In this document: positions 1 through 12,106 of the stretch, one piece after another
Layout: every line of letters begins with the position of its first letter
Numbering within the stretch: the stretch's first letter is position 1
Assembly (NCBI GenBank): GCA_951406725.2
Contig: OX597815.1
Span: forward strand, 187,860,001 to 187,924,000
Length of the DNA stretch: 64,000 nucleotides
Origin: Octopus vulgaris
Lineage: Eukaryota
Direction of reading: 5' to 3'
Position numbers and translations under genes: made by a program
The notes under the pieces: model-generated
The model's database searches: none
The model's input: the letters and a program-made list of their open reading frames with translations, nothing else
What the model was told of the DNA's origin: nothing

Positions 1-268
1 CGGGGACATAAACACACCAGCATCGGTTGTCAAGCAATGCTAGGGGGACAAACACAGACACAAACACACACACGCATATATATATATATATATACATATA
101 TACGACAGGCTTCTTTCAGTTTCCGCCTACCAAATCCACTCACAAGGCTTTGGTCGGCCCGAGGCTATAGTAGAAGACACTTGCCCAAGGTGCCACGCAG
201 TGGGACTGGACCCGGAACCATGTGGTTGGTAAACAAGCTACTTACCACACAGCCACTCCTGCGCCTAC
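1..268 (-). mobile_element. Bipartite SINE, family A (head with CCTTGGGCAAGT CORE-like motif, internal (TA)/(TG) tract, tail half); partial copy
   Basis: Reverse complement of the recurring GGTTCAGTCCCACTGCGTGGCACCTTGGGCAAGTGTCTTCTACTATAGCC...GAAACTGAAAGAAGCC sequence, seen more than 12 times in the window. Confidence 0.85.
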
Positions 269-308
269 ATACACACACACACATATATATATATACATAT
301 ATACATAC

Positions 309-361
<53 letters not shown>

Positions 362-384
362 CATACATATACACACACACATAT

Positions 385-710
385 CTCTTTTACTTATTCT
401 ATTGGTCTCCTTTGCTGAAACGCTAAGTTATGAGGATGTAAATACATCAACATCGGTTGTCAAGCAATGGTGGGGGACAAACAAGGGCACACAAACATAT
501 ACATACATTCATACATACATATATATATATATATACACACATATAAATGACAGGCTTCTTTCAGTTTCTGCTTACCAAATCCACTCACAAGGCTTTGATC
601 CGCCCAGAGCTATAGTAGAAGACATTTGCCCAAGGTGCCACGCAGTGGGACTGAACCTGGAACAATGTGGTAGGTAAGCAAGCTACTTACCAAACAGCCA
701 CTCCTGCACC
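385..710 (-). mobile_element. SINE family A copy
   Basis: Same head and tail modules as 1-268. Confidence 0.8.
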
Positions 711-1267
711 AATTATATTTTGCTGTAATATAGCCTTAGATAAGATGCCAATTTTCTTACACAAATTACTCACGTAAGCAATGAAACTAATAAATTGAGA
801 TGTAACAGAAAAATTAATTAACAAATTATTTTTTCAAAATGAAATTTTCATTATTTACTTCTTTTGGTTTTTAGTTTCTGTCAAATGAATTAATTTGAAT
901 AATAATTCATTAGTAACTTGTTGCTTTAATGAACAATAGGTCTTGTTGCATCCATTTGTTTCATATTTCAGACAATAATGTGTATTAATTACCTGTTCAG
1001 GTCTTCATTTAACCATTCACGGGATGCATAAAGTTAAAAAAAAAAAACACTAGTATTTTTAGCCTGAATAAAACAGGGCAAATGAATGGTGTCGACGATG
1101 GCAGCTAGATTTTAAAATAATTAAAGATGGTGAATTGGCAGAGTCATCTGAACATAAGACACACTACTCGCAGCATTTATTTTCACGTCTTGCTTTTTGC
1201 TGATCAAATCATGTCAAAATCAACCTTGCTCTTTAACCTTCTGGGGGCAATAAATAAAGTAACTTGA

Positions 1268-2078
1268 AGGTGGCAAGCTGGCAGAATCGTTAGCATGCCG
1301 GACAAAATGCTTAGTGGTATTTCGTCTGCCACTACGTTCTGAGTTCAAATTCCGCCAAGGTTGACTTTGCCTTTCATCCTTTTGGGGTCAATTAAAATAA
1401 GTACCAGTTATGCACTGGGGGTCAATATAATTGACTTAATCCGTTTGTCTGTCCTTGTTTCTCCTCTCTGTGTTTAGCCCCTTGTGGGTAGTAAAGAAAT
1501 AGGTATTTTGTCTCCTGTTATGTTCTGACTTCAAATTCTGCTAAGATCAACTTTGCCTTTTCATCCTTTCGATAAATTAAGAACCAGTTGCATACTGGGG
1601 TCGATCTAATTGACTGGTCCTCCTCTCCAGAGTAGAAACGATTATAGTAAGGAGGCAAGCTGACAGAAATGTTAGCATGCCGGGAAACATACTTAGCGGT
1701 AATTCGTCTGTCTTTATGTTCCGAATTCAAATTCCGCCAAGGTCATCTTTGCCTTTCATCCTTTCAGGGTCGATAAATTAAGTACCAGTTGTGTACTGAG
1801 ATCAATCTAATTGACTGGCCCCTTCCCCAAAAATTTTGGGCCTTGTGCTTAGAGAGAAAAGAATATTCAAGGTGGTGAGCTGGCAGAAATGTTAGCATGC
1901 CAAGCGAAATACTTAGTGGTATTTCATCTGCCTTTATGTTCTGAGATAAAATTCCGCCTAGATCGACCTTGCCTTTCATCCTTTAGAAGTACCAGTTGTG
2001 TACTGGTGTTGATCTAATCAACTGCCCCCCCCCCTCCCCAAAATTTTGGGCCTTATACCTAGAGTAGAAAAGAATATC
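1268..2078 (+). mobile_element. Cluster of about 4 family M SINE units (MetaSINE-like core)
   Basis: Repeated GTTCTGAGTTCAAATTCCGCC...GACTTTGCCTTTCATCCTTT..GGGGTCGATAAATTAAGTACCAG, resembling the MetaSINE central domain. Confidence 0.8.
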
Positions 2079-2661
2079 TCTTATGTTCTTGACCCAAATT
2101 GCGTTCATTGACTCATAAAGAATGACTGAAGGAATTTCATAAAATGGAATTTGATTTAAATATTTCTTCTTTTGGGTGCGGGATTTCTATTATTTTTAGT
2201 GACTATTGTGTAAAACTTAGTGAAAGCACATGCCTTAGTGGTTACAGTGTTAGACTCATGATTATAAGATTGCGGTTTCAATTCCTGAACCAGGCAATGT
2301 GTTGTGTTCTTGAGCAAGACACTTCATTTCACATTGCTCCAGTCCACTCAACTGGCAAAAATAAGTAATGCTGCAACGGACCGGTGTTCTGTCCAGAGAG
2401 GAATATATTATGCCAGAGAAACCAGGGAGCCAGCCTTATGCTCCTTATAGAATAATATGGACCAAACATTATGTACACTTGCAAATTTTTATTCATAGAA
2501 GTGTTGTAGTTGTGTATGTTTTCGCTAAAAACCTTCAATATTAACTTGGTTGTTTATCCTGATTCTATTTCCATCTTTTATTATTTGTCTCTCATATCTT
2601 TGACTCTTACACAGTGGTTAGTCTTTAATCTCTTTATAAATGGAATCTACACAAGTCACTC

Positions 2662-2764
2662 ATAATAAAAACTTGATGAATTAATTAAACATCATAAACT
2701 GATGTACTAATAATTCTTAGTAAAAGCAGTGAATGAATATAAATTAGGGAAATAATGAATGTGT
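2662..2764 (+). repeat. About 100-bp direct repeat, copy 1 (copy 2 at 5543-5641)
   Basis: ATAATAAAAACTTGATGAATTAATTAAACAT...TTAGGGAAATAATGAATGTGT occurs twice. Confidence 0.85.
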
Positions 2765-3391
2765 TACAAAATGTATTGTGGCTACAACGAGTTATATCTA
2801 TTAGATTATAATTTTTTTTATTAGTCACAAAGGCCTAAGATTTTGAGGAAGGTCCATAGGGGAAATTAATAAGAAAACAAAGAGAACAAGCGGGGGATTT
2901 GCATTGAGTCAAATTGTGAGCAACAAAAGTAAATAATAATAAAATGGTATTAATACTGCAAATGAAAAATATAAACAGGAAATATTAAATAAATAATGAA
3001 AATATACAATAAAGAAAAATACATTTGTTCGAAAATGAAATAAAGTTGCTTAATGAAATAGTCTTTGAATTAGATATTTTGATAATTTCAGCATTTAATG
3101 ATACTTGCTTCATAGTTGTATTATATGAGAATTATGTATCACTTGTATAAAGAGAAATAATTAAATTTGATGATTACTCTTGCAGTTGGGTCATTGCTGA
3201 TAAAGTGGCTAGCCAATTATTTGATTAAAATTTTACTTTTTTAAAAATGTTTTTTTTTTTTTTAATATTCTAAGACTGATGTTTTTCAATTCTAAAAATA
3301 TTCTTTATCTTCATTGCAGATTAACTTCCATAAAATCGCAATCAAAAATTATCGAAACCAGTCATGATAAGGCTTATTTCATACTTCCTCA

Positions 3392-3781
3392 TCTCCATAT
3401 ATAAAGCTGAAGTTGTCTGTGTATGGCAAGTTTGGTAGCCTTCAACTAAGACTATCTCCTCCGAGACCCTGCAGCGCAAGTTGATCAAAATTAAGAGTGT
3501 GATAGAAGAAGGCTTGCTCTTCCTTCCGTAGAAGAAAAAAAATTCAAATCAGACCATGTTAAGACCAAAAATTATTTACATCAAAAGGGTGCTCTTTTTC
3601 TATGAAAATCCCTATTTTTTACGATTTTTTTTACTGTGTCGCGATTTTTCGGTGTATTTCAACCAGAAAAATATTCACTTAAAGAGAATAACAAGCTACA
3701 TAATGCAAAATTTTTACTTTTCAAAAATTCCAATTCTGAAGGGTCGAAACAAACTCGAGCAATGCCAGGTGATACTGCTAG
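3392..3781 (+). mobile_element. Non-autonomous Helitron-like element (family H1)
   Basis: A|TC 5' end; 3' end is an imperfect hairpin CTCGAGCAATGCCAGG then CTGCTAG|T; further copies at 54258-54637 and 62889-63283. Confidence 0.75.
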
Positions 3782-3884
3782 TTTGTTTTAAAATAATTCT
3801 GTGATCAGCTTTAACTCTCAGCCACTCCCACAACAATCACAAATGATCCTTTCAAATCAGAATCTTATATTTTTTTATCTTCTT

Positions 3885-5100
3885 CTTTTACTTGTTCTAG
3901 TCATTAAAGCACGGCCATGCTGGGGCACCACCTTCAATAATTTTCTGAATGAATCAACCCCAGTATTTATTTTAGGGTTTTTTTTTTTTAAAGTCTGGTG
4001 CTTATTCTATTGGCCTCTTGTGCAGAACCGGTAATTTATGGGAACATTAACACACCAACACCGGTTGTCAAGTGGTGATGGGCAACAAAGACAAACACAA
4101 AGATGCACGCACAGACACAATATACATATATAAATATACGAGCAAAAGCCCCCCCCCCCCCCCGCCGTCCAATGGACGGTGCTGAGTTGTCAAACATTTA
4201 AACCAAAGTTTCTCAAAACAACTTGTCCGACCGTTCCATAGGCCTCCCATTTGAAAAACAATGATTTAACCTAAATTTGAGACACCAGCAAAAGAAGAAA
4301 TAAAGATAGACTTTTTTTCTATTCCAAAGAAAAACGATTTTATTCAAACAAATATGCAACCAAAGAGTTTAGAGTACCAGTAATAATAAGGCTGTTGACT
4401 GGGAGAACACAAACATGGTTTAAACAGTAAGCTTGGCTGGAAAGAAATGCGCCTTTAAGCAGTACAAAAACAACAAAAAATGGAAAGTGCAGTTATGTAC
4501 AGGTTGACAGAAGAAAAGCAGGACAAAAATGGCTTTATCGATTGCATTCTCACCTGGAATCAATTTATGTAATTTTTTCAAGACTTATACACGTCCTGAT
4601 ACCGTTGGTATCTACATATCAAATTTGAGCGCAATCAGATGGAGGATGCCCAAGATCTGAGAAGACACACACACTCAGAACGGATTTTATATAAAAGATA
4701 TATTATGGGCTTCTTTCAGTTTCTGTCTACCAAATCCACTCACAAGTCTTTGGTCAGCCCAAGACTATAGTAAAAAACACTGGCAGAAACGTTAGCACGC
4801 CGGGCGAAATGCATTGCTGTATTTCGTCTGTCATTACGTTCGAAGTTCAAATTCCGCCGAGGTCGACTTTGCCTTTTATCCTTTCGGGGTCGATAAATTA
4901 AGTACCAGTTACGCACTGGGGTCGATGTAATCGACTTAATCCGTTTGTCTCTCCTTGTTTGTCCCCTCTGTGTTTAGCCCTTTGTGGATAGTAAAGAAAT
5001 ATAGTAAAAAACACTTGCCCATGGTGACACATTGTGAAACTGAACCTAGAACCATGTGGTTGGGATGCAAGCTTCTTACCACACAGTCACACCTGCACCT
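3885..5100 (-). mobile_element. SINE family A copy interrupted by a Helitron (4139-4698) and a family M SINE (about 4781-5000)
   Basis: Family A modules resume at 4700-4780 and 5001-5100 after each insertion. Confidence 0.75.
4139..4698 (-). mobile_element. Non-autonomous Helitron-like element (family H2)
   Basis: Minus strand starts A|TCTTTTATATAAAATCC and ends with hairpin CCGTCCATTGGACGG followed by CTCG|T (degenerate CTAG). Confidence 0.6.
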
Positions 5101-5235
5101 TCCTAATGCCTTAGTTCTGTTTAAAAAAATGAATGAAGAGGCTGTTCTTTTTGTAGAAAATACATATTTTATGAATTACAAGCATAGTATATGTAAAGGA
5201 CATGCTCGATTTAGAGAAGAATAAGCTGAGTATCA

Positions 5236-5529
5236 GCTGTGTCTTCTAGTATAGCCTCGAGCAAACCAAAACCTTGTGAGTGGATTTGGTAGATGGAAAC
5301 TGAAAGAAAACCATCGTATATATGTGGATACATATATGTGTGTGTGTGTGTTTTCCCCCCCTAACATCGCTTGACAACCAATGCTGGCGTGTTTACATCC
5401 CTGTAACTTAGCGGTCCAGCAAAAGAGACCGATAGAATAAGTACTAAGCTTACAAAGATTTGCTCGACTAAAGGCGGTGCTCCAGCATGGCTGCAATCAA
5501 ATGACTGAAACAAGTAAAGAGTAAAGAGT
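5236..5529 (+). mobile_element. SINE family A copy (5'-truncated)
   Basis: Family A modules ending GACTGAAACAAGTAAAGAGTAAAGAG. Confidence 0.8.
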
Positions 5530-6984
5530 ACGTATGTCTCTTATAATAAAAACTTGATGAATTAATTAAACATTGTAAACTGATGTACTAATAATTCTTA
5601 GTAAAAGCAGTGAATATCGATTAGGGAAATAATGAATGTGTAATAAGACCAAGGAATGGCAGATTATCATAAGTCTTGTAAAATGTTTGGAACTTTAATG
5701 CAGCTGGACAAAGATATGTGAATAAAGTTCTTTCTAATAGTATTTCTAATAGTTTTGTGAATTGTGTGATGTCTATTTATGAATAATTTCATGAACAGGT
5801 GAATTTGGAAAGAAAAGCATGATTGTTTTAACAGAGGCACAGTCATGGATGAATAGTCAAGAAGTTTGCTTTCCAAATCTGTGCTTCTAAGCTTGGTCTT
5901 TGATCTGCATGGCACCTTGGGTGAGAGTATTCCACAAGAGCTGTAGAACAACACAAGCCTTATATGAGGTAAAAATCTGGAAGAAGCTCATTGTATATGC
6001 ATGTGTGTGTGAGTGTATGTGTGCTTGTGCGCATATGTATTTGTGTGTGTGCACATGTGCATATGTATTTGTGTGTGTGTTCATGTGCATAAGTATTTGT
6101 GTGTGTGGGTGTGTGCTTATGAACATATGTATCTGTGCATGTGTTCATCTTGACATTGTATGGCAGTTGTAAATATGCGTTGCTTGTTTCCAGTCTGTGA
6201 AAATACGTCTGGTCACTGCAAAATATTACCTTACCTGGAACAGGTGAGGTTTGGCAACAGGAAGGAAAAACTGCTTCTTCATTTGACACATGCAAGTATG
6301 AAAAAGTAGATGTTAAAACGATTTTGATGATGTAACAGCAGCACAAATTTAGCTCCAAGTCAGCTCTGAATGAACAGCCTTATTGGCAAAGACTTTCTAC
6401 CCATGGCAATCCCATCTTTTTGTCTCAAACATAATGCATCAAGGACTGTTATATATGCCCGTTCTATGCTTCAGATGACAAGATGTGATATGAAGAATAT
6501 TTATTTGGTTGTTATAGATAGGTGTATATTTGGCATATAGATAGGTGTATAAAGAGATAGGTAGATATGAATGTCTTCCTGGGGCTATAAACAACAGTGA
6601 CACCATCTTCTATAGGACCGCTACATTTAGTTGACAAATATATTTTATGAATAAACAGACAGGGAAAAATAGACAGATAAATAAATAAATGGATGAAAAT
6701 GTTACATCATTATTTACAATTATTTAAGGCAAGCACAAGTAAAACACAAATTCTTATCACTTTAATGTTTTTGTCTGTATTTAATTTCAATTTGCATATG
6801 TTTGTCAATTTGCTACGATCTCTTTAACATAAAGAAAATCAAAAATTTAAATCGGGGATGGGGAATTAAAAAAAAAATTTTTTTTTGCATATTCGTAATT
6901 TCTGACATCCAAAATGTAGGGATCTGAAAATTTTTTTTCTTCAAAAAAAGTGAATTTTTCAAGGAGAGGTGCGAAACTGCATTA

Positions 6985-7625
6985 GCCCCAGTCAAAGATC
7001 TGTGATTTCCTCTGGATCTCAACAACGGTATTAAAAGGGCGACCTTTGAGCTGCATTTTCATCTTGGGGAAGAGATAGAAGTCTGTATGTGCTAAATCTG
7101 GCAAACAGGGAGGGTATGGAAGTGATACCATGCTGATGGCGAAGAATACAATTCTTCACACCCCACAGATCCGGTCGCTTTAGTTGAATGACACTTCAAA
7201 ACATCCACAGCAGAACACTTGACTGGCCCTGGGGGATGAATACTCAATGCGCAGTACCACATTTCTGGGGGGATGATGCAAGTCACCCAGATTGCTTATC
7301 ATCTTCCAAGGACATTCTCCTGCTTTCGAATTACCCGTGCCATTCAAAACACTGCAGACAACCCATTGCCTCATTGCTGTAGGCTTGCCAAAGCATGCTA
7401 AATGTCTCTGTAGCAGACTTCCCCAAGTTTAATGTGGACTATGGCACACACGTGGTCACAAAAACACAAATTTCACAACTTGTGAAGTAAACACACCAAC
7501 ATCACTTGGCACATTGCCTCATGAAGGTCACTCCTAGTTCTCACTGTGCATGCAGCCATGTGCTGCCACCTGTTGGCACACTACAGAACTAGTCTGGGAA
7601 CATTTTGATTAATACCACCTCATAT
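6985..7625 (-). mobile_element. Degenerate, internally deleted mariner transposon
   Basis: Minus strand gives an LFPKMKMQLKGR-like C-terminal mariner motif near 7035-7075 and other frameshifted transposase-like segments. Confidence 0.6.
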
Positions 7626-7821
7626 GCACCCCTTTGATTACTATTTTGTTCTGGTGGGCACCCATAGCCATTTAATGTTTACAAGTTAGTTTTATAGTTA
7701 TTTCGTTCGAAATTCCAATTTTGTTTTTCACACATTCAATTGTTGCAACAGTACTCTCTGAAATATGAGAGAAATATTGGAAATATTACACTTTGAGGCC
7801 TTGTACTTCCAGTAGATAGAA

Positions 7822-8015
7822 TTATTACCGCTGCCTTCGCTAAGGTGGAGGTATTGTTTGCAGTTGTGTTTGTTTGTTTGTCTATGAACAAGATGTCTCA
7901 AGAGCCACTGGGTGGATTCGGATGAAACTTTCAAGGATGTTTGGCCTTGTGACTTGCACAAACTGGATAGATTTGGGATCGATCCGGTACCGGACAAGGA
8001 TTCTGGATTATTTGT
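7822..8015 (+). mobile_element. Helentron-associated (HINE/pearl-like) element, 5' fragment
   Basis: TTATTACCGCTGCCTTCGCTAAGGTGGAGGTATTG start followed by a (GTTT)n microsatellite, the layout typical of HINE/pearl elements. Confidence 0.45.
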
Positions 8016-8209
8016 CCGTTTTCTCTAAAATATGAGAGAAAGAAACATATGTTTCTTGCAATAAATATAAAGAAATTTTTTTTTTATGGGCTCCTTAAAA
8101 TACAACTGTGAATTCCTAATTTACTGTTTTGCTAGCTGGGACCCCCCCAAAGTTCTATATGGATCCTAGTTGAGAATCATTACTCTTGAATAAATCAAAT
8201 ATAACTTAA

Positions 8210-9287
8210 CCCTTTTGTTACCAAACCGCCCGAAAAAAATTTTGGTTAATGTGACCAAGCCGCCCAAAACCGCCCGAATTTACCTATTCATATTTAAATG
8301 AGAATATCAGAGCAAATCTCTTTAGTACATTCGTGAAAATACGTATTATACTTCATAAAGTGTTGAACTACAGTTTTGTACAAAAATCGAAGTGTAATTT
8401 TAATTCCGTGAATTTTGGGAGATTTTTTTTCCAAAATTTGTTCCTATCGTGTTTTCAAAATTTGTAATTCTGACAAAAAAATGGATACGAATTTCATTAT
8501 ATCAAGCAGCGAGTCAGAATTCGAAGGATTTTCTACTGAAGACCTTCATAAATCTAACTCTATGACTGAAAAAAAAAAGCACGTGGTATTTGATAATGAA
8601 TCTGATGTTTCATTTTCCGAAAGTGAAAACAGTGAATCCGAGAGCTCCGACAGCGATAAAGAAAATGAATTGGCACCTGAATGGAGTGAAAATTGAAAAA
8701 CTGTTTCTTTCGGTGATTTTTCTGAAGAAACTGGACCAAGCCACAGACTTTTCCAGAAGAGTAAAGCCTTGGACTATTTCTTTTTACTTTTTTGAATGAG
8801 CCTATTTGAAATAATTACGGCGGAAACGAACCATTACACTAAACGTAAACAAAGCGAAAGAAAGGATACTTTGTGGTTTCCCACAACCTTAAATGAAATT
8901 AAGACTATTTTGCCATAAATATTATTATAGGTATCAGAAAGTTACCCAGAATAACAAATTCTATCGTAAAATTTTCTTGTATACCCAATTGAATATTAGC
9001 TAATAACCCATTTTCTATAGCGATGTTTGAACAAAATTTTTATAATTTTATATTTTGTTGAATTTACCTGTATCTACCTGCAATTAGAGTCACTTTGTGA
9101 CAAAAATTATAGTATAGAATTGGTTGGGAACATTTCATTAAATTATGTTCCAAAATTCCCGTTAATATATTGATAAATAAAAAAGTTATAGTTGTTTAAT
9201 GAAACCAGACTAAATTTATGATTACGTTAGAAATTAATTGAAACACATAAGGGGTGTATTGTGGTCAGAAATATAGTAACGAAAGGG
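8210..9287 (+). mobile_element. Internally deleted piggyBac transposon
   Basis: TTAA TSDs (8206-8209, 9288-9291); TIRs CCCTTTTGTTAC / GTAACGAAAGGG; transposase N-terminal remnant inside. Confidence 0.88.
8481..8960 (+). pseudogene. piggyBac (PGBD4-like) transposase N-terminal remnant
   Basis: Acidic MDTNFIISSSESEFEGFS... then, through stops, ALDYFFLLF*..IITAETNHY..WFPTTLNEIK..GIRKLP, matching piggyBac N-terminal motifs. Confidence 0.75.
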
Positions 9288-9959
9288 TTAAACAGTAATG
9301 ATTATTATGGCTTATATTTTGTGACACTGAGGCAGTTTCAGTCCTATATTTATTTAAGCAGTATTTATCTATAGCAAGATATCACATGTCTATTTTCTGA
9401 GAATCGATTCAAGAAAGAAAAATTAATAAAATTCTATATTGCAGCTGAGTCTGATGTAAATTGGTATTGATAACTTTTAAATAAATATGTTCAATAAAGT
9501 CCAGACATTCAGTTGTAATATTTTAATCACCTGAGAGGAATGAATGGCATAATTAGTCCCAACAGAATTTGAACTCAGAATAAACTGGGTCACAAGTATA
9601 TAGTGTGAGATAACGATCCCCACTCATTTAATTTTAATAGTCCATTTGAAGAACCAAATTTGAAGGAGAGCGATATACTATAGCTGTATAATTACTCTTT
9701 TGAATTGATTCTAAAGTACCATTGCCAAGTCAAGCAGACATCTGTCTGTGAAGTTGCATATTAATAATAGGAAGTTTATAATTAAGAAGATAATTTTAAC
9801 CCTTTTAAATGCTTTGAATATTAGATAATCATTAACATGGAACTCTTTCTACAAGAGTATAATCCAAACCTTTACAAGAGGATCACACAGTGTTGCAGAG
9901 TCAAAGGTTTTTATTTAAAGTGTATTTAAATTCTCTACTTGGAATGACCAAGTTTAAGA

Positions 9960-10482
9960 ACTGCAGGATCTAACTCATAAGGGAATCTTACGTTGTGTAT
10001 AAATTCTATATTTGGAAGGACCCACTTTAAACTCTTGGACTTTACTCATAAGGTATTGGAATATTGCATATATACCATTCTGCCTAAAAAATGGATCTAC
10101 AACTTCAATATCTCTACATATCTTACATCTATTTTTTTTCCTCCACCTCACTCTCTATTTTGTATCACATCTAAACTATGACTTAACCATCCTCTCACAC
10201 TGTCTCCGATGAAGGGATATAATTAATAAATATCCTGGAAACAGCTGTAAGACCTTCTATCTATAAATGTTCTAATATCTACACAGCCTTGGTTTTTTTT
10301 ATCTCATTATGCAAAAAATTCTTATATACACACGCTGACATACAACCAACGTTGAACCCCTTATTCGCAAAATTACCGAACCTGGAACTTAACTATGGTC
10401 TGTCTATAGCACTTATTCAGCATTACCTGACACCTTTGGGTCTCAATGACACCATTATCTCTTATAACCTCAACTTCTCGCT
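9960..10482 (+). mobile_element. Penelope-like element 3' end / pLTR fragment
   Basis: Weak PTLN-type GIY-YIG C-terminal remnant near 10020, followed by a hammerhead motif, ending in (TA)n. Confidence 0.55.
10202..10253 (+). ncRNA. Minimal type I hammerhead ribozyme (variant core CCGAUGA)
   Basis: GTCT-CCGATGA-A-GGGATAT..ATATCCT-G-GAAA-CAGCTG-TA-AGAC: stem I GTCT/AGAC, 7-bp stem II, palindromic stem III, GUA site. Confidence 0.72.
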
Positions 10483-10652
10483 ATATATATGTGTATATAT
10501 ATTTATAAATATATATGTATATGTATGTATATATATATGTGTGTGTGTATATATGTGTATAAATATGTGTGTGTGTATATAAATATATATATATGTATAT
10601 ATTTATATCTTTGTATGTATATATGTGTGTGTATATGTATATCTATATATAT
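10483..10652. repeat. (TA)n/(TG)n compound microsatellite
   Basis: Direct reading. Confidence 0.95.
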
Positions 10653-10747
10653 AGTTAATCCAAACATGGAAACACAAAGAGAAAACACAACAATGCGAGG
10701 ACGTGGAACAAGTATAGTGATGTATGTATATGTATACATATGCATGT

Positions 10748-11000
10748 ATCATCATCATCATCATCATCATCATCGTTTAACGTCCGTTTTCCGCGCTAGC
10801 ACGGGTTGGACGGTTTCGACCGGGGTCTGGGGAGCTAGGGACTGCCCCAGGCTCCAGTCTAGTCTGGCAGAGTTTCTACGGCTGGATGCCCTTCCTAACG
10901 CCAACCACTCCGCGAGTGTAGTGGGTGTTTTTTACGTGCCACCTGCACAGGTGCCAGAGGGGGCTGGCATCGGCCACGTTCGGATGGTGCTTTTTTTATG
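10748..11000 (-). mobile_element. RTE-LINE 3' end / derived SINE (family B, (GAT)n tail)
   Basis: Reverse complement of CCCACTACACTC..GGTTGGCGTTAGGAAGGGCATCCAGC..GGACGTTAAACGATGATGAT. Confidence 0.85.
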
Positions 11001-11066
11001 TGTGGGGGGGGTGCAGAAATATAGGGGAGCACCAGTGGGGAGGGGTGGTTCAGAGAAATGATGACA

Positions 11067-11067
<1 letters not shown>

Positions 11068-11111
<44 letters not shown>

Positions 11112-11125
11112 CATGTATACATATG

Positions 11126-11156
<31 letters not shown>

Positions 11157-11263
11157 ATGCATGTATACATATGCATGTATGTATATATATATGTATGCAT
11201 GTATACATATGCATGTATGTATATATGTATGTATATATATGTATGCATGTATACATATGCATG

Positions 11264-11307
<44 letters not shown>

Positions 11308-11426
11308 CATGTATACATATGCATGTATATATATATATGTATGCATGTATACATATGCATGTATATATATATATATATATGTATGCATGTATACATATGC
11401 ATGTATATATATATATATATATATAT
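11068..11426. repeat. Minisatellite of TGTATGCATGTATACATATGCATG units separated by (TA)n
   Basis: About 6 near-palindromic units read directly. Confidence 0.9.
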
Positions 11427-12106
11427 GAAGCACAACCTTTGAACATTGGGCCTTACCGAGGCAATGACTAGTGACCGGGACCTTTGGAGATATGCTGTGC
11501 TTGAGAAGACCCGACAAGGCAAGTGAGAAGTGAGACCATGGCCTATGCCAGTGGGTGTAACCAGCCCATTTATGAATACCCCTCATTCATTGGACAATAA
11601 ACCTTGCTTGTGAAGACCTATTGAGGCAAGTAAAATCAAAATCGCTGATGTGGCCGATTACAGTACCGCCTGATTGGCATTCGTACAAGTGGAACATTAA
11701 TAGCACATCTAAGCATGATTGTTGCCAGGGCCATGGATTGGCTCCTGTGCCAGTGACACGTGAAAAGCACCATTCGAGCATGATTGTTGCCAGCATCACT
11801 GGTGGCATGTGAAAAGCAACATTCAAGCGTGGTCATTGCAAGTGCCACCAGACTGGCTCCTGTGCAGGTAGCATGTAAAAACACCTTTTGAGCGTGAGCA
11901 TGGTCATTACCAGAACCGCCTGACTGGCCCTCATGTCGATGCCACGTAAAAAGCACCCACTACACATGACATTAGGAAGGGCATCCAGCTGTTGAAACTT
12001 TGCCAGACCAGATTGACCTGTGTGCAGCCTCTGGCTCACCAGTCCTCAGTTAAGCTGTCCAACCCATACCAGCATGGAAAGTGGACGTTAGATGATGATG
12101 ATGATA
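11427..12106 (+). mobile_element. RTE-LINE 3' end (ORF C-terminus, tandem-repeat 3' UTR, (GAT)n tail), family B
   Basis: [31 protein letters not shown] remnant, about 65-70-bp AAAAGCACC-anchored repeats, then the family B tail. Confidence 0.8.

Noticed and set aside
10489-11586. Many 100-196 aa ORFs rich in Y/I/C/V/M/H
   Set aside because: Translations of (TA)n/(TG)n microsatellites and SINE sequence, not genes; the same applies to similar ORFs across the window
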